Below are positions 1-15,856 of a DNA stretch of 64,000 nucleotides, piece by piece. The notes under the pieces were generated by a model. It did not search any database, was not told the DNA's origin, and saw nothing but the letters and a program-made list of their open reading frames with translations. The stretch is from the human T2T-CHM13v2.0 reference genome, Homo sapiens: NCBI RefSeq assembly GCF_009914755.1, contig NC_060929.1; one strand, written 5' to 3'. A program made the translations under genes and the position numbers. Numbering within the stretch: the stretch's first letter is position 1; the number at the start of each line of letters is the position of its first letter.

Positions 1-255
1 GGGATGTCAACAACACTGGGTTTTATCAAAATATAAGTTTTGCCAATTTATTAGTTAAAAAATGCTAACTCAATGCTATTTGGATTTGAACTACCACTGG
101 TGCTGAGCATCTTTTTACATATTCACTGGCAATCTATTTATCTTTCTCTGTTGTTTATCTTTTTCTGTGTAATAATTTTCCTTATCTTCCACTCTTTTAA
201 ATATTAAGTTTTCACTGTTTTCTTAATAATTTTTAAGTTTAAAAAGTGACCTTTT
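1..255 (-). mobile_element. Ancient L1 (L1M/L1ME-like) fragment
   Basis: Degenerate antisense L1 3' motifs (ttttgccaattt...gctgagcatctttttacatattcactggcaatc); appears to resume after the Alu to ~700. Confidence 0.55.
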
Positions 256-575
<320 letters not shown>

Positions 576-1181
576 CTAATGATATTTCTCAATTCGTTTA
601 TCTTTTAACAATGATAATATATAATGTCTTGCTATTTAGAAAGATTTTTAAAAGTATTTTACATAAACAAATTTTATTCTTTGCCATTAATACTTGTAGG
701 TTTGGGATTTTCAGGACCTCCTCAAAGGCCACCTACAGGAAATGCTCTTCAAAGACATTTCACGTTTTCACCACTTGATTATGGAGCAAAGACTAACACT
801 GGCAATGCTTTGAAGTACTTGAGTCAAATGGGTCTCTCACATGGTCATTACTATACTCACTCTCAGGCTCCAATGCAAGTTGTTTCCTTAGGCCAACTAC
901 TCTTGCTTTCCTTTAATAGACCTATTCCTCCTGGGCTGTCTGAAACTAACATTTCATTGTAAATAAAGTCCTGCAAATCCTTGGTATCTCAAAGAACCCT
1001 CCTTCCATTTAGTTTTAGGAGAACTCTCTTCCTAAAACTCTATTCTTTTCCCTGGAGTCCAGATCCCCATTCCTTGCAACAAATGAACTCTTGATTTGAG
1101 CACTGAAGGGAGATAATTGGAAGTTTGACTTTGTGTTCTAGGTTTTCCCTGCCAATATATGCAGCATCTTTAAAACTAATC

Positions 1182-1320
1182 AGGCTGAGGCAGGAGAACT
1201 GCTTGAACCCAGGAGGAGGAGGTTGCAGTGAGCCGAAATTGCGCCATTGAACTCCAGCCTGGGTGACAGAGCAAGGCTCCACCTCAAAAAAAAAAAAAAA
1301 AAAAAAAAAAACAGCAAAAA
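1182..1320 (+). mobile_element. 5'-truncated Alu (right arm only) with long A tail
   Basis: Starts at aggctgaggcaggagaa; ~27-nt poly(A); flanking repeat aaactaat(c/t)agg. Confidence 0.92.
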
Positions 1321-1444
1321 GAAACTAATTAGGTTCAAGAAGTTCGAATGAATTCAACTTAGACAAGCTCTTAAGCAGACATGTTGGAAGTTTCAAAAAA
1401 GACAGTTTGGGAAAATATTTTTATTAAAAAAAAAAACAGTCCTG

Positions 1445-2110
1445 CAGTTGGGTGTCAACTCTCATCACTCTACTGAAACTGCTGCAGCCGAGGTTACTAG
1501 TTATTTAATTAACAAAAGCAATAGATTTTGTTTTTTTAAATTGTCATTATACTGTACTATTTTGTGACATTGTTTTATTGATAAGTCTTTCTCGAAAATG
1601 TGTCCTTTTAGTTTTTTTCAAAACATGACTTTCTCCTTGATGTCCTCCTATTTCTCTCATTATTTCACCTTTACATTCTCTGCTAACACCTTTCACCTTA
1701 CCAAACCTTAATTAAATGTGTGTGCGTCCCAGTGTCCCATTCTTGGCTCTCTTCCCTTCCCTCTTACTGATCATTATTGTATTCTGTGATCTCACTAATT
1801 CTCTTGGCTTTAATAATAACCAGATGACTCCAGAAAACTATTCAAAATTCCGGACCTATGGAGACTTTGCACCCAGATACGTACCAACAACTCAACCTCA
1901 GTTATCTCTAATATTATCTCATTAAGTGCTCTCTAACAATAGAATGACTCCTCCTTCTGGGTTTCCTCTGCATGAACGGCACCACCATTCAGTGGCCCAT
2001 GACAAATGTGGACGTCATTTGGAACTTCTCCCTTTCCCTCATGTTTCATTTTCTCTTGGCTAAAGAGTTATTAGATTCTTCATTTTTAACTTTTCTCTAG
2101 CCTATCTTCA
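1445..2110 (+). mobile_element. L2 fragment (highly diverged)
   Basis: cactctactgaaactgct, aacggcaccaccattc and other L2-like motifs in pyrimidine-rich sequence. Confidence 0.5.
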
Positions 2111-2239
2111 ATTTTATAGTGGACAGTTATGTATACCCTATATCCCAGGAGAGAAGGGATATCTTCTGCTACGCCCCTACTATGAACTAGCATATCCTTT
2201 GAGTCCTTTCTTTGTATGAAGCACTGGGGAAATTTAATC

Positions 2240-2430
2240 AACTTCATAATCACTTACAATCCTCATGGCAATTTTATGAGATAAGTTCTATTTATTATCC
2301 CTATCTTAAGGATGAGGAAACTGTGGTTTAAAGAGCTTAAGTAATTTGGGAAAATCATAAAAGAAGCAGTGAAGACAGAATTCAAATCTAGGCAACCTGA
2401 AATCTGAGCCTGAGCACTTTGCCACCCTAA
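2240..2430 (-). mobile_element. MIR
   Basis: MIR core: atcctcatggcaatt...gatgaggaaactgtggttt...gaattcaaatctaggc. Confidence 0.7.
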
Positions 2431-2713
2431 TAACTATCTCCCTTTGAGAGTTGTATTACAATGTTGACAACATTTAGCAACCCTTATTCCCCTCCCCACC
2501 CCCATCTCTCTCCAAGAAATCTGCTGTGAGGTAGAGAATGTGTTGATTTCCTCTGCAGTTTTTAGTGCATAGTGTAGGGCTTAGAAAGGAGAAAATGATG
2601 AAAAATGTTTACTAAAATAATTGTTTTTCCTTGATAGTTGTTATAACCATCTAATTGTGAGTGCTTAACAATTACGATAAAGGAGAATGGAAATCACAGA
2701 TCTTTTCACAGAA

Positions 2714-3027
<314 letters not shown>

Positions 3028-3711
3028 TAGTTTACTTGGAAATGTAAACTATATATACTTAAACTGAGGGATATTTACAAAAGAACTTTCTACTTAACCC
3101 CCAAGAAGCTGTATTAATAACAAAGCAAATCAAGCTTGTTCACAGGCAACTGAATGGAATGAATGGTTTTGATTGACCTTGCCAGTTATATTTCTAACAA
3201 GAGAAAATTCAATGCGAGCCTCAGATTTGGAAACAAGATATTACAGACAGGAAAATTTAGGATTAAGGTCAGATTTGGTGCAACTATGCCAGATACAGAA
3301 AAGGCAAATTTTCAGCTCAATCCCCAGCTAAGTACAAGTTCAGCGGCGAAGGCATGAGAAAATGAGCCATTATAATAAGTCTGAAATAAGTTTATGATTC
3401 CACTTCAATATGGGCATGCAATATATTCTAACATTTAATCCCTGGAAAAAATGATGACATCACACTGAAATCTTGACTCATAAGAGAACTTTTTTATACT
3501 GTTCCCTAAGTCAGTTTATTTCTACTTCATTCTTGTGTTAAGGGCAGGCTCAATTCTCACTCATTCAAAACGATATCACCTGAAGCTTTTCTTTAAGTCT
3601 TGTTTTCTCTGCGGTGAGAAAATTAATCAAGGGGTTAAAATGTATATTAAATTATATATGTATTATATATAAAAGTTATGTAATATAGATCAGGGAAGAA
3701 TATATTGCATA

Positions 3712-4108
3712 TGTTACAGGCAGAATTGTGTCCTTTCCCCCAAATTCATATGCTGTACCCTGCCCCCTGCCACCTCAGTATATCAGAAGGTGGCTATATT
3801 TGGAGATAGAGACTTTTAAGAGGTAACTAATGTAAAACGAGGTCACATGTGTGGGTCCTAATCCAATATCACTGGTGTCCTTGTTTGAAGAGGAAATTTA
3901 GGTACAGACATACATGTGCACAGAAAAAAGACCATGAGAAGACAACATGAGAAAATGACTATCTAAAAGCCAAGGAGAAAAATTTCAGAATAAAATTAAC
4001 ACATCTGATGCCTTGACCTCACACTTCTAGCCTCCAGAAAATAAATTTCCGTTGTTTAACTCATCCAGTCTGCAGTAATTGTTATAACAACCCTAGCAAA
4101 GTAATATA
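3712..4108 (+). mobile_element. MLT1B-like MaLR solo LTR
   Basis: tgttacaggcagaattgtgtcc...cctaatccaatat...aataaatttc...ccctagcaaagtaatata matches recalled MLT1A/B consensus ends. Confidence 0.85.
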
Positions 4109-4113
4109 GGAAG

Positions 4114-5615
4114 TATATATATATTACATATGTATACACACATAGTCGTGAGTGTATATATATATAAAATATATATATATAATATATAATATAAATATAA
4201 ATATATATAATATATATAATATATACTATATAAAATATATTATATATTATTTTATATATTACATATACACACAAATATGTGTATATGTTTATATTATATA
4301 TTTATATAATTATATATAAATATATAATTATATATAATTATATATAAATATATAATTATATATAATTATATATAAATATAATAATATGTAATATATATAA
4401 TATATGCTATATATAATATATATATAAAAAATTATATATTATATATAATTATATATACTTATATATTTATATATATGTATATTTATATATAATTATATAT
4501 AATTATATAATTATATATGTATATTTATATATAATTATATATAATTATATATATTTATATTTTTATATAATTATATAATTATATATGTATATTTATATAT
4601 ATATAAATTTATATATATATATATAATTATATAATTATATATAAATATACATATATATAATTATATATAATTATATATGTATATTTATATATAAATATAC
4701 ATATATATAATTATATATAATTATATATGTATATTTATATATAAATATACATATATAAATATATAATTATATATATGTATATTTATATATAATTATATAT
4801 GTATATTTATATATAATTATGTATAATTATATATGTATATTTATATATAATTATGTATAATTATATATGTATATTTATATATAATTATATATTTATATAT
4901 GTATATTTATATATAATTATATATTTATATATGTATATTTATATATAATTATATATTTATATATGTACATTTATATATAATTATATATTTATATATGTAC
5001 ATTTATATATAATTATATATTTATATATAATTATATAATTATATATAATTATATAATTATATAATTATATATAATTATATATTTATATATGTACATGTAT
5101 ATATAATTATATATTTATATATAATTGTGTATAATTATATAATTATATATAATTGTATATTTTTATATAATTATATAATTATATATAATTGTATATTTAT
5201 ATATAATTGTATAATTATATATAATTATATATTTATATATAACTGTATATTTATACATAATTGTATATTTATACATAATTGTATATTTATATATAATTGT
5301 ATATTTATATATAATTGTATATTTATAATTATATATATAATTGCATATTTATAATTATATATAATTTTATATTTATAATTATATATAATTGTATATTTAT
5401 ATATAATATATTATATATTTTATATTACATGAATGTAAATATATATTATATAATATATATTGTATTATATTATATATTTATTATATATTATATAATATAT
5501 AATATATATAATACACTCTATATAATATAGTATTATATATTATATATTATACACATTATATATAATATATTATTATATATTATATATTATATATTATATA
5601 TTTGTATATATATAA
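4114..5615. repeat. ~1.5 kb AT-rich (TA)n-derived minisatellite with palindromic units
   Basis: Almost entirely A/T; tandem units of about 24, 32 and 50 bp. Confidence 0.97.
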
Positions 5616-5629
5616 ATGTAGGGAATGAT

Positions 5630-6000
5630 ATAGTAGTAACATTTTCAGAACTAGGGCCTTTAAGACTGAGGAAATACTCCAAGCTCTGAGCAAACTCAAT
5701 AAGTATAAATCCATATGTAGACATACCACAGTACAATGCAAGATACTAAAGACTAATACAATATTTTCAATCAACCAGAGATGAGAGGCAGATTACCTGC
5801 AAAGGAAGGACAATTACATTATCACAGACTTCTCTTCATCAATAATGAGAACAGACAATACAGGAATAACATCTCCCAAGTTATGAGAGGAATAACAGAT
5901 GACATGAAATTCTACAACCAAATAAAGCATAATTCAATGGGCAGCAGTTAACAGAATTAAGCTGTTTCCGGACGTCTATGGAGAGATTTAACTCAAAGAT
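5630..6000 (+). mobile_element. Ancient L1 ORF1-region fragment
   Basis: cagattacctgcaaaggaaggacaatta...acagacttctc...aaattctacaacca resembles the L1 ORF1 3' part. Confidence 0.6.
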
Positions 6001-6393
6001 GTCACTGTAAATTTGATTTTTGAGATGTAGTAATGGATACTTGGTAAGGTTGTTGAATTAAACGATCTTCAAAGCTTAGGTCATGTATCTTCATTAAGCA
6101 CATGGTGCTTTGCATTTACTAAAGAAGGGCTTCTGCTTTCTCTCCAAATAAATCATTGCGACCTTACCACCCGAAGTGTAAAAACCTCCTTTATTTCTAT
6201 TCCCGGTCTCTAGTCCCTGCTTATATGTATGCATAAATGCATGACACCGTGCTTCTCTTTTAATTATTTATTTCTAGAGATCATGTCTTTGAAAATAATT
6301 ATATTCCCAGCAACTATTTAGAGTGGTACTAATTTAACTTGGTTCATGGTGTCAACTGCATAGCAGTTATTTGATTGGCCCATTCCTTTATAA

Positions 6394-6794
<401 letters not shown>

Positions 6795-7170
6795 TACAAA
6801 TGTTAGTATTAACTCCTCCTTCTGCTAAGAAATAAACCAAAATAAAATTATTCACAAATATAACTGTTTTGATCATGCTTTCAGATGATATGTAAGGTAG
6901 CCCACAGAAGGTAAATAATATTCAGGGGAAGCAAATTATTACTTAAGAGTGGGTGCTGAGAAAAAGAAATATGTGAAGCGTGAGGAAGGAAGTATGTGAA
7001 AAAAGCTAGGGCACAGTTGTGGCTTATATTTTTGTTAAAATCTGCCTGTTAAGACTTCCTGATTAGGTAATGGGAATGATACAGTAAAATATTCTTCCTC
7101 AGAGTGTCTCACACCATTGTGATAACTTACTACATAAAAGTACAAGTTACATTATATAAAAAGACAGAAT

Positions 7171-7603
<433 letters not shown>

Positions 7604-7733
7604 CTAGAATGGCTGGATTTTGGTTAAGACAAAGAAGAAGTAACTTTTCTTTTCATGGAGAACAGTAGCATACAGGAGTGTGGATAGTTTGATCATTTAA
7701 GGCAGGGATGTGAGGCTTGATGGAATATGTTGA

Positions 7734-8195
7734 TAACAAAGATTCTTTGCTTGGCCAACTTTAGTCAGGCTTCTAAATCTTCAGCTAGGCTAAACTGTGC
7801 ACTTCCTCGCAAAATCCAGCTTTAGCAAAGAACACTGCCAAGTTTACCAAAGAACCCCTCATTCTCAATATCTGATCAGGTTCTTCATTCTTCACCATTC
7901 TGCAGGTGATGTCTGATCACTCTGGCCAGTCTTCAGCAAGAATTCTTTTAGGTCAGTGTAGACAGAATCTCCCTTACTCCTGATGTTTCCTCTTAGTGAT
8001 TTTCCATTCACTGACCCCTGCGTTGCTCCTGGGCTATAAATTCCCACTTGCCCATGCTGTGTTGAGAGTTAAGCTCATCTCTCTCCCCAGCTCCAAGACT
8101 GTGTTGCAGTGGTTCCTATATCTATGGTGATGGTCCTGAATAAAATTTTCTTTACTGTGCATTTAAAGTATCACTGAATAATTTTTTCTTTAACA
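7734..8195 (+). mobile_element. MER31A-like ERV1 5' LTR
   Basis: taacaaagattctttgcttggccaactttagtcagg...TATAAA(8035)...AATAAA(8139)...ttctttaaca; homologous to 12665-13081. Confidence 0.85.
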
Positions 8196-9051
8196 ACTAT
8201 GACGTTGAAACTCAAATAGGACAGATTCATCACTGGATCCTGGGCCTCTCACTCAGGACCCTAAATACATGCCTTTGAAGCCTTTGTTGTCATTTCTGAC
8301 TGATTAGGGATCCATTGGTGAATCAGATTCCTGAGCCATTGCTCCAGACAAAAGCCCTTTGATGGCCAAGGACAGATTTTGAATCTTAAGGGATGAGTAT
8401 TCTCTCTGAAGCTGGGGTACAGCCCCACGCTTCTTTTGAAAGGAATCCTCTGGGCAGGAAGGTCTTCGTGTGGGCTTCTTGTTCTGAGTGGGCAATTCTC
8501 TGAGTCCCTAGACTAGAAGTCTCTTCTTTCTGGCTTTCTTTTTCTGAGTGAGGGGTTATTCCCTGATTCCCTGGCCTATAAATTGTTCTTCCCGGCTCTC
8601 TATAAAACCTCTCTGCTCTTTCTCTTCTCTCTATTGGATCCTGCTTCTCCCATGGGAACTCTGTCACCTGAAACCCCTCTTCTCAAGTCTCTGCTGACTA
8701 TTTCTCTGTCCACTCTTGCCAGACCCGTTTCTTTTCTGCTGAACTTCAGGACCCCTATCCTACCCTCCTTTGAGGGGGCTCTCAAGGGACTAAGAGGCCC
8801 CTCAAAAACAAGCACCTGGGGCTGATAATAGGAGAAAAAAAGAAACTATTTGGAAACTGAGAAAGCAAAAAAAAAAAATCTTAAAAAACCTCCTCCACAA
8901 ATATTGGTAAAAAGCTTTAGCCTTTGTTAGGTAGGTCAACTCAACTTATCCCTTTTTCCTCAGAAGCACAATTTGGATAACAATATAAAGTGGAGATAAA
9001 CCAGCAAGTTTGTATTTTTGTATTACTCTGTTTTACTGCCTCATGGTTAAA

Positions 9052-9335
9052 TTTTTTTTTTTTTTTTTTTGAGACAGAGTCTCACTTCGTTGCTCAGGCT
9101 GGAGTGCAGCGGGGCAATCTCGGCTTACTGCAACCTCCACCTCCTGGGTTCAAGTGTTTCTTGTGCCTCAGCTGGGCACCACCACGCCCCACGCCCAGCT
9201 AATTTTCATATTTTTAGTAGAGACGGGGTTATGCCATGTTGGCCAGGCTGGTCTCAAACTCCTGACCTCAGGTGATCCACCCACCTCAGCCTCCCAAAGT
9301 GCTGGGATTACAGGCATGAGCCACTGCACCTGGCC
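9052..9335 (-). mobile_element. Alu (AluS) inside ERV
   Basis: Poly(T) plus antisense Alu; TSD tggttaaa. Confidence 0.93.
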
Positions 9336-11539
9336 TGGTTAAAATTTTTTAAATGAAAAGTCCTAAGATCTGGTTACATCAGTCTATACGTTTGTGTATG
9401 TGTACATGTGTGTCTATGTTATTGTGTTACGTATATGTGATATTTTTCTACCTCCGATGTTATTACCAAACTAAAATACCCAAATTGGCTAGGGATAAAT
9501 AAACACTCAAACAAATAAGAATGTATAAAATTTTCAGAAAAGTAGAAACTGACTCAATATTTTTAAGTTCACATAATCTGGGGTATTCCTTAGTAAATAA
9601 AAGCTAGTTTAAAAAATATTGGTAAAATAAAAATAGAAACATTTTCAGAATTGTCAGCATACACTTATTTTACCTGGCTTTGCTGATTAGACAAGTTTGT
9701 GTTGTTACTGTTAGATGTTTAAGGCCATAAAACCATAAATTCAACCTAAGAACAGAATATATAGTAAAAGTAAATTGCTTAATTGCCTGGTGTATGTCTG
9801 CTGCAAAAGTAAATAAGAAAACATGTCCAGAAGGATTGTGAAAATCTTATCTTGTATGGTCTAAGCTGACTGAGATTGGATAGATTTATTTATGAGGTTT
9901 TATTATAACTTAGTTTTAGTAATACATTTATTCAAAAGTAGAATTTGATCTTCTCCATTAAAACGGTAGTTTTCTTGGAATGTTGGTCTGAGAATGTAAA
10001 GGGTATTTTTTTCCTCTTAAGTAATTGGCCTCAGAAACACAGACTCTGTTTCATCAAGATAATTTCCTGAGTTTCATGTTGTTTTATTAGGTTTTTGGTT
10101 ACTTAAGAAAAGTGAGTCTTCTCAATATTAAAGGAGCTAAGTCCTTGTTCACAACTATGTAATCTGAATTTGCCTTTAAAATCTTTTAATGGAGCTTTTA
10201 TTAAATAGATAACTATGGTCATATTTAATTGTTTTAAATGTTTTAAACTTTTTGACATTTTTGACAATCTTCCCAAAATCACATTCTAAATTAAGTCTTT
10301 TTGACCTCAAATTAACTTAAGATTCTCCATATTGGACCCTCAGAAAGCCACAGAGAATATTTTTTGTATGAAAGAGACATTAATAATAATAATAAATAAA
10401 TAAATAATAAAAGAGACATTAAACTAATTAGATTTATTTAATATGTTAAATTATAAGTGTAGCAGTCAAATAATAAGTGATGCTAAGCCATCTTTAAGTA
10501 TATTTATGGATATATTATTAAGTGTACAAAAATTGTATGAGATTCCTAGAAATCTAGTATGTTATCAGTCATAATTTTGGTTATTCTGTTAAAATGCTGT
10601 ATGCCATGCTAACCAAATTTTCTTATAAATTGCATCATTGTAATGAACTCTCATTAGATTTTTTAACCATGGACATTTTAAGTCCTTGTCATCTGTAGAC
10701 AGTTATTGTTTTAATTTAATTGTTCTCTAAAAGCATTTGAAATTAGCCACAGTCCAAAATGGCTTCTTCTTCAAGGAGATTTATGGAAAATAGTCTTATG
10801 AGTATTCTGGAATACAGGTTTCTGAACAACTTTGACATCATACCATTGGACTGGTAAGAATTTCCAGAACTCTAATAAAACTGATGGGTTCATGTAACTA
10901 CTAACCCAAGATCAAGCAAAACAAGATTTAATTACATGGTACTGAATGAACTGATGAGAATAATTTTTAAAATGACTTTTTGTTTGTAACATTGCTTGTT
11001 CTTTAAATGTTTTGTTTTCCAGATTTGAGAAAACTTTTTTTTAAGCTATCTCTAGCTTACACCAATTCAGTAAAGAATACTTTTGTACAAAATGGAAACA
11101 TTTACTTTTTCTCTCTAACTTATCCCTCCAGAATTTGGAAACTATTTGTGAATATTCTTATTTTTATGGCAATGTATTTATTTGCACAAGTTTAATAAGA
11201 ATCTGTTGTCTTTGTAACAAGACAAACTGGAAACACAGGTTATATCACCAAGGCTTTGACTGAAACATCATGTTTTCAGATATGACCAGAAGGCTTTATG
11301 GGACTAAGGTTGACTTTATGGAACCAATAAAGTACCATCTTGGAAAAACTGGCTCTAGGGTTCCCAGACTTACAGGTGAGTAAAGAATATCACTTCTTGG
11401 CAGGTCTGGAAACCTTGGGGTATTTTAGGGACCTCAAGAAGAGAGTAATTTATCTAAATCTGTAAATGTAACAGGTGCAGACTAATGACAAGTTTTGGGC
11501 TTATATCCCAGCCTCAAGTGGCTTTTAAAAGTTTAATCT

Positions 11540-11836
11540 GACTGGAGACAGTGGCTCATGCCTGTAATCCCAGCACTTTGGGAGGCCAAGTCAGATGGAT
11601 GAGGAGGTCAGGAGTTCAAGACCAGCCTGACCAATATGGTGAAAACCCTGTCTCTACTAAAAATACAAAAAATGAGCCAGGCGTAGTGGCACGCATCTAT
11701 AATCCCAGCTACTCGGGAGGCTGAGCAGAAGAATCGCTTGAAACCAGGAGGCGGAGGCTGCAGTGAGCCAAGATCGCACCACTGTACTCCAGCCTGAGAG
11801 ACAGAGGGAGACTCTGTCTAAAAAAACAAAAACAAA
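11540..11836 (+). mobile_element. Alu (AluS) inside ERV
   Basis: Full dimer; TSD aaaagttt(a/g)atctg. Confidence 0.93.
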
Positions 11837-12664
11837 AAGTTTGATCTGAGATTTCTTATCTGACAAACGCAACCTTTAAAAGAGCCTAAATGGTCAATCA
11901 CTACTCTTACTGCACTTGTGTACATAACCAGTACAAGTTTAATGAGATTAAACTTATTTAGCAAACAAATCAATCTGACTTTGATTATCTTTGACAGAAA
12001 TGAGAGTGAATATAGAGATAAAAGTTATGTTTTGGGAGAAAACTGCAGTGCACCCAATATTAGATTCTAGCCCTGTTTTTTTTTTTTCCTGAGGTTTTAT
12101 TATCTACCTGCAATCTGCAATAGATCCTCGATTTTTCTAGTTTACTACAATAGCTACAACACTCCAAATTAATATTTCATTTTTTTCCTGCTATTCTGGC
12201 TTGGAATCACTAAAATTATAAACTTTTCTTTTCTTGAAGTCCTTCAAACTGAAACTGGATGACTTGACATAAGCTTCAGAAAAATTACCACAACAGCTTG
12301 TGTGTGGCCCATCTTTATGGCTTTCAAACTGCAAACTAATCCAATGCCTCTTCTCACTCCAACTGAAGATACTACAAGCCCAGCATCTAGAAATCTTACT
12401 GATCAGCTGCCCTCTGGACTCAGAAACTGTCTTTATAATTCGTTCCAACTATTAATCTTTTTTAATTTTATTTTTATAGAAACTAAACTTCCCACATTGA
12501 AGGCCTGATAGCTCACACTATCCAGGAAATATCCTCTGCTACCAAGTCCCAACAGATGATTCAACTGGTCCTTAATGAATAAAAGGTGATCAAACAAGAA
12601 AAGAGACTTATATTGTTTGAAGGAAAGATGAATGTCTCTACTTTCCTTAAACAAGAAGTAGTAC

Positions 12665-13081
12665 TAACAAAGATTCCTTGCTTGGCCAAACTTTAGTCAG
12701 GTGTCTATCTTCCTTGCAAAATCCAACTTTAACAAAGAACTTTTCTGAGTCAGTTTAGCAAGAACCCCCCATCTCCAATATCTGATCATCCTCCATATCT
12801 GATCAGGCTTCTCATCCTTTTATCATACCCCAGGTGATGTCTGATGACCCAGGCCTATCTTCAGCAAGAATCCTATTAGGTTGGTTTAGCCAGAATCTCC
12901 CTCTTCCTCCTGATTCTCTTGGTAATTTTCTATCCATTGACCCCTACACTGCTCCTTGATTATAAATTCCCACTTGCCCATGCCATATTTGGAGTTGAGC
13001 CCAATATCTCTCTTCAATGCAAGATGCCATTGCCATGGTCCCTATACCTATGGCAATGGTCCTGAATAAAGTTTTCCTTAC
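12665..13081 (+). mobile_element. MER31A-like 3' LTR (interrupted at its 3' end)
   Basis: Direct repeat of 7734-8157 with TATAAA at 12961 and AATAAA at 13065. Confidence 0.85.
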
Positions 13082-13829
<748 letters not shown>

Positions 13830-14439
13830 TAAATTCTTGAAGTATTTTGATTTGCACAAATTTGCCTATGACAGTTTCTTTCATGGATCACTCACTTTCA
13901 TAAGAAGGAAGAAGAAAAATACATTTTTAATGGGTTTAAATTCACCAGGTTTTCCTACAAATGTTTTTCCATGGTAGTAACTAGGGATAGAAATATTCAT
14001 TCCAATTCCTGGTTCTATTACTTTTTTTTTGTTAGTAATCTATAAGAAGTTTAAACAGATAGAGAAATTATTTTAAACACAGATTCCCCATGTGGGGCAG
14101 TCAAAAGGCCAAAGACCCAAGAGAAGAGAGCCAGATTCAAGGCAACTGAGATTAGCAACTGGGGAAAGAGAAGGCACTTTAACTGCTGTAATGTCAAGTA
14201 AGAAGTTTTCAAGAGCCCGTATACTGATAACACTTCAGGCTTTCATAAAAGCAAAACTCTAAATGGAAAACAACAAAGTGACTTTGAAAAGAGTGCTCCA
14301 ATGCAGTTCCTTAATTCATCCAACTTGCATGTGCTGCTGTTGCTTTTACCATTTTATGAGTTACCATCTCAACAATCCTGGGAAGAACACTGCTCCTTTT
14401 GCAAACAGGTGAGGCACATCCTGTTCAAAAGCATTATAA

Positions 14440-14544
14440 CTTTCTTTCTTTCTCTCTCTCTCCTTCCTTCTTTTCTTTCCTTCTTCCCTTCCCTTCCTTT
14501 TCTTTTCTTTCTTTCTTTTCTTTCTTTTTTCTTTTCTTTCTTTC

Positions 14545-14595
<51 letters not shown>

Positions 14596-14946
14596 CTTTC
14601 TTTCTTGCCTTCTCTCTCTCTTCTTTCTCCTTCCCTCCCTCCTTCCTTCTTCCCTCCCTCCCTCCCTGGACTGACTTGACTTTCTTTCTTTCTCCCTTTT
14701 TCTTTTTCTTTTTTTTCTTTCTTTCTCTTTCCTTCCTTTCTCTCTCTTTCTTTCTTTCTCATTTTCTTTCCGTCTTTCTCTTTCTTTTCCTTCCTTCCTT
14801 CCTCCCCTCTCTTGCTCCCTGGACTTACTTTACTTTCTTTCTCCTTCCTTCTTCTTTTTCTTTCTTTTCTTTCCCTCCCTCTCTCCCTCCTCCCCTCCCT
14901 TCCTTCCTTCCTTTTTTCCTTCTTTCCTTCCTCCCTTCTCTCTTTC
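14440..14946. repeat. CT-rich polypyrimidine tract including (TTTC)n
   Basis: About 500 bp nearly purine-free on the + strand. Confidence 0.97.
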
Positions 14947-15460
14947 ATGAATAAACTTTTCTCTATATATATTCATAGATTTGGAAGCAATGTGAAAATC
15001 TATTTGGTTCATGCCTCTGGTATTAAGCAGGACCACAGCTAAAATAACCTAGACAGAAAAGAAAAAATATGGCTAGGGCTGCCAACCTTTTTGTTGGAAG
15101 CTTGCTAATGTCAACATTACGGAGGCTGGTGTGCCAGGTGGTATGAGGAAATAGACTTGTACTATATAAAATATATGAGCTACTGGCACAGATTTAAAGT
15201 GGTGCTGCTGTTGTGGCCACACCTGGCCCTGATGGAATCAAGCTTAGATTGGGCCTGGCGTAGTTCTAGGGTAAACTATAGGATAAGATTGATTTGCTAG
15301 GACAGGTAATAACTTCCCTAGAACTGCAAGCATTTAATATAAAGTGACTATGCCACCTTCTGCCAAGTTTGCCATGCAAAACTATTGTTGAAGAATGCTA
15401 GCCAGCAGATATTCATCAAGTCATGTCATGCCTTCCCTTTCAAAATCTTTCAGTGGCTGA

Positions 15461-15778
<318 letters not shown>

Positions 15779-15856
15779 TGTGCTTAACACTGTCCCTTCA
15801 TGATTTGATTTCCAGGTACCCTTACAGCAATATTCCTGTCGCCTTCATGCTTTTAT

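Larger units (their letters stand above)
8196..12664 (+). mobile_element. MER31-type ERV internal region (decayed, no intact ORF)
   Basis: Lies between two direct-repeat LTRs; purine-rich stretch before the 3' LTR; interrupted by two Alus. Confidence 0.7.

Noticed and set aside
4056-5774. I/Y/N-rich ORFs
   Set aside because: Artefacts of the AT-rich repeat
8304-8825. Overlapping ORFs in the ERV leader
   Set aside because: No recognisable gag, pro or pol motifs; short frames in decayed internal sequence
14301-15042. 217-aa F/L/S-rich and 195-aa K/E/R-rich ORFs
   Set aside because: Stop-free reading of the CT/GA tract
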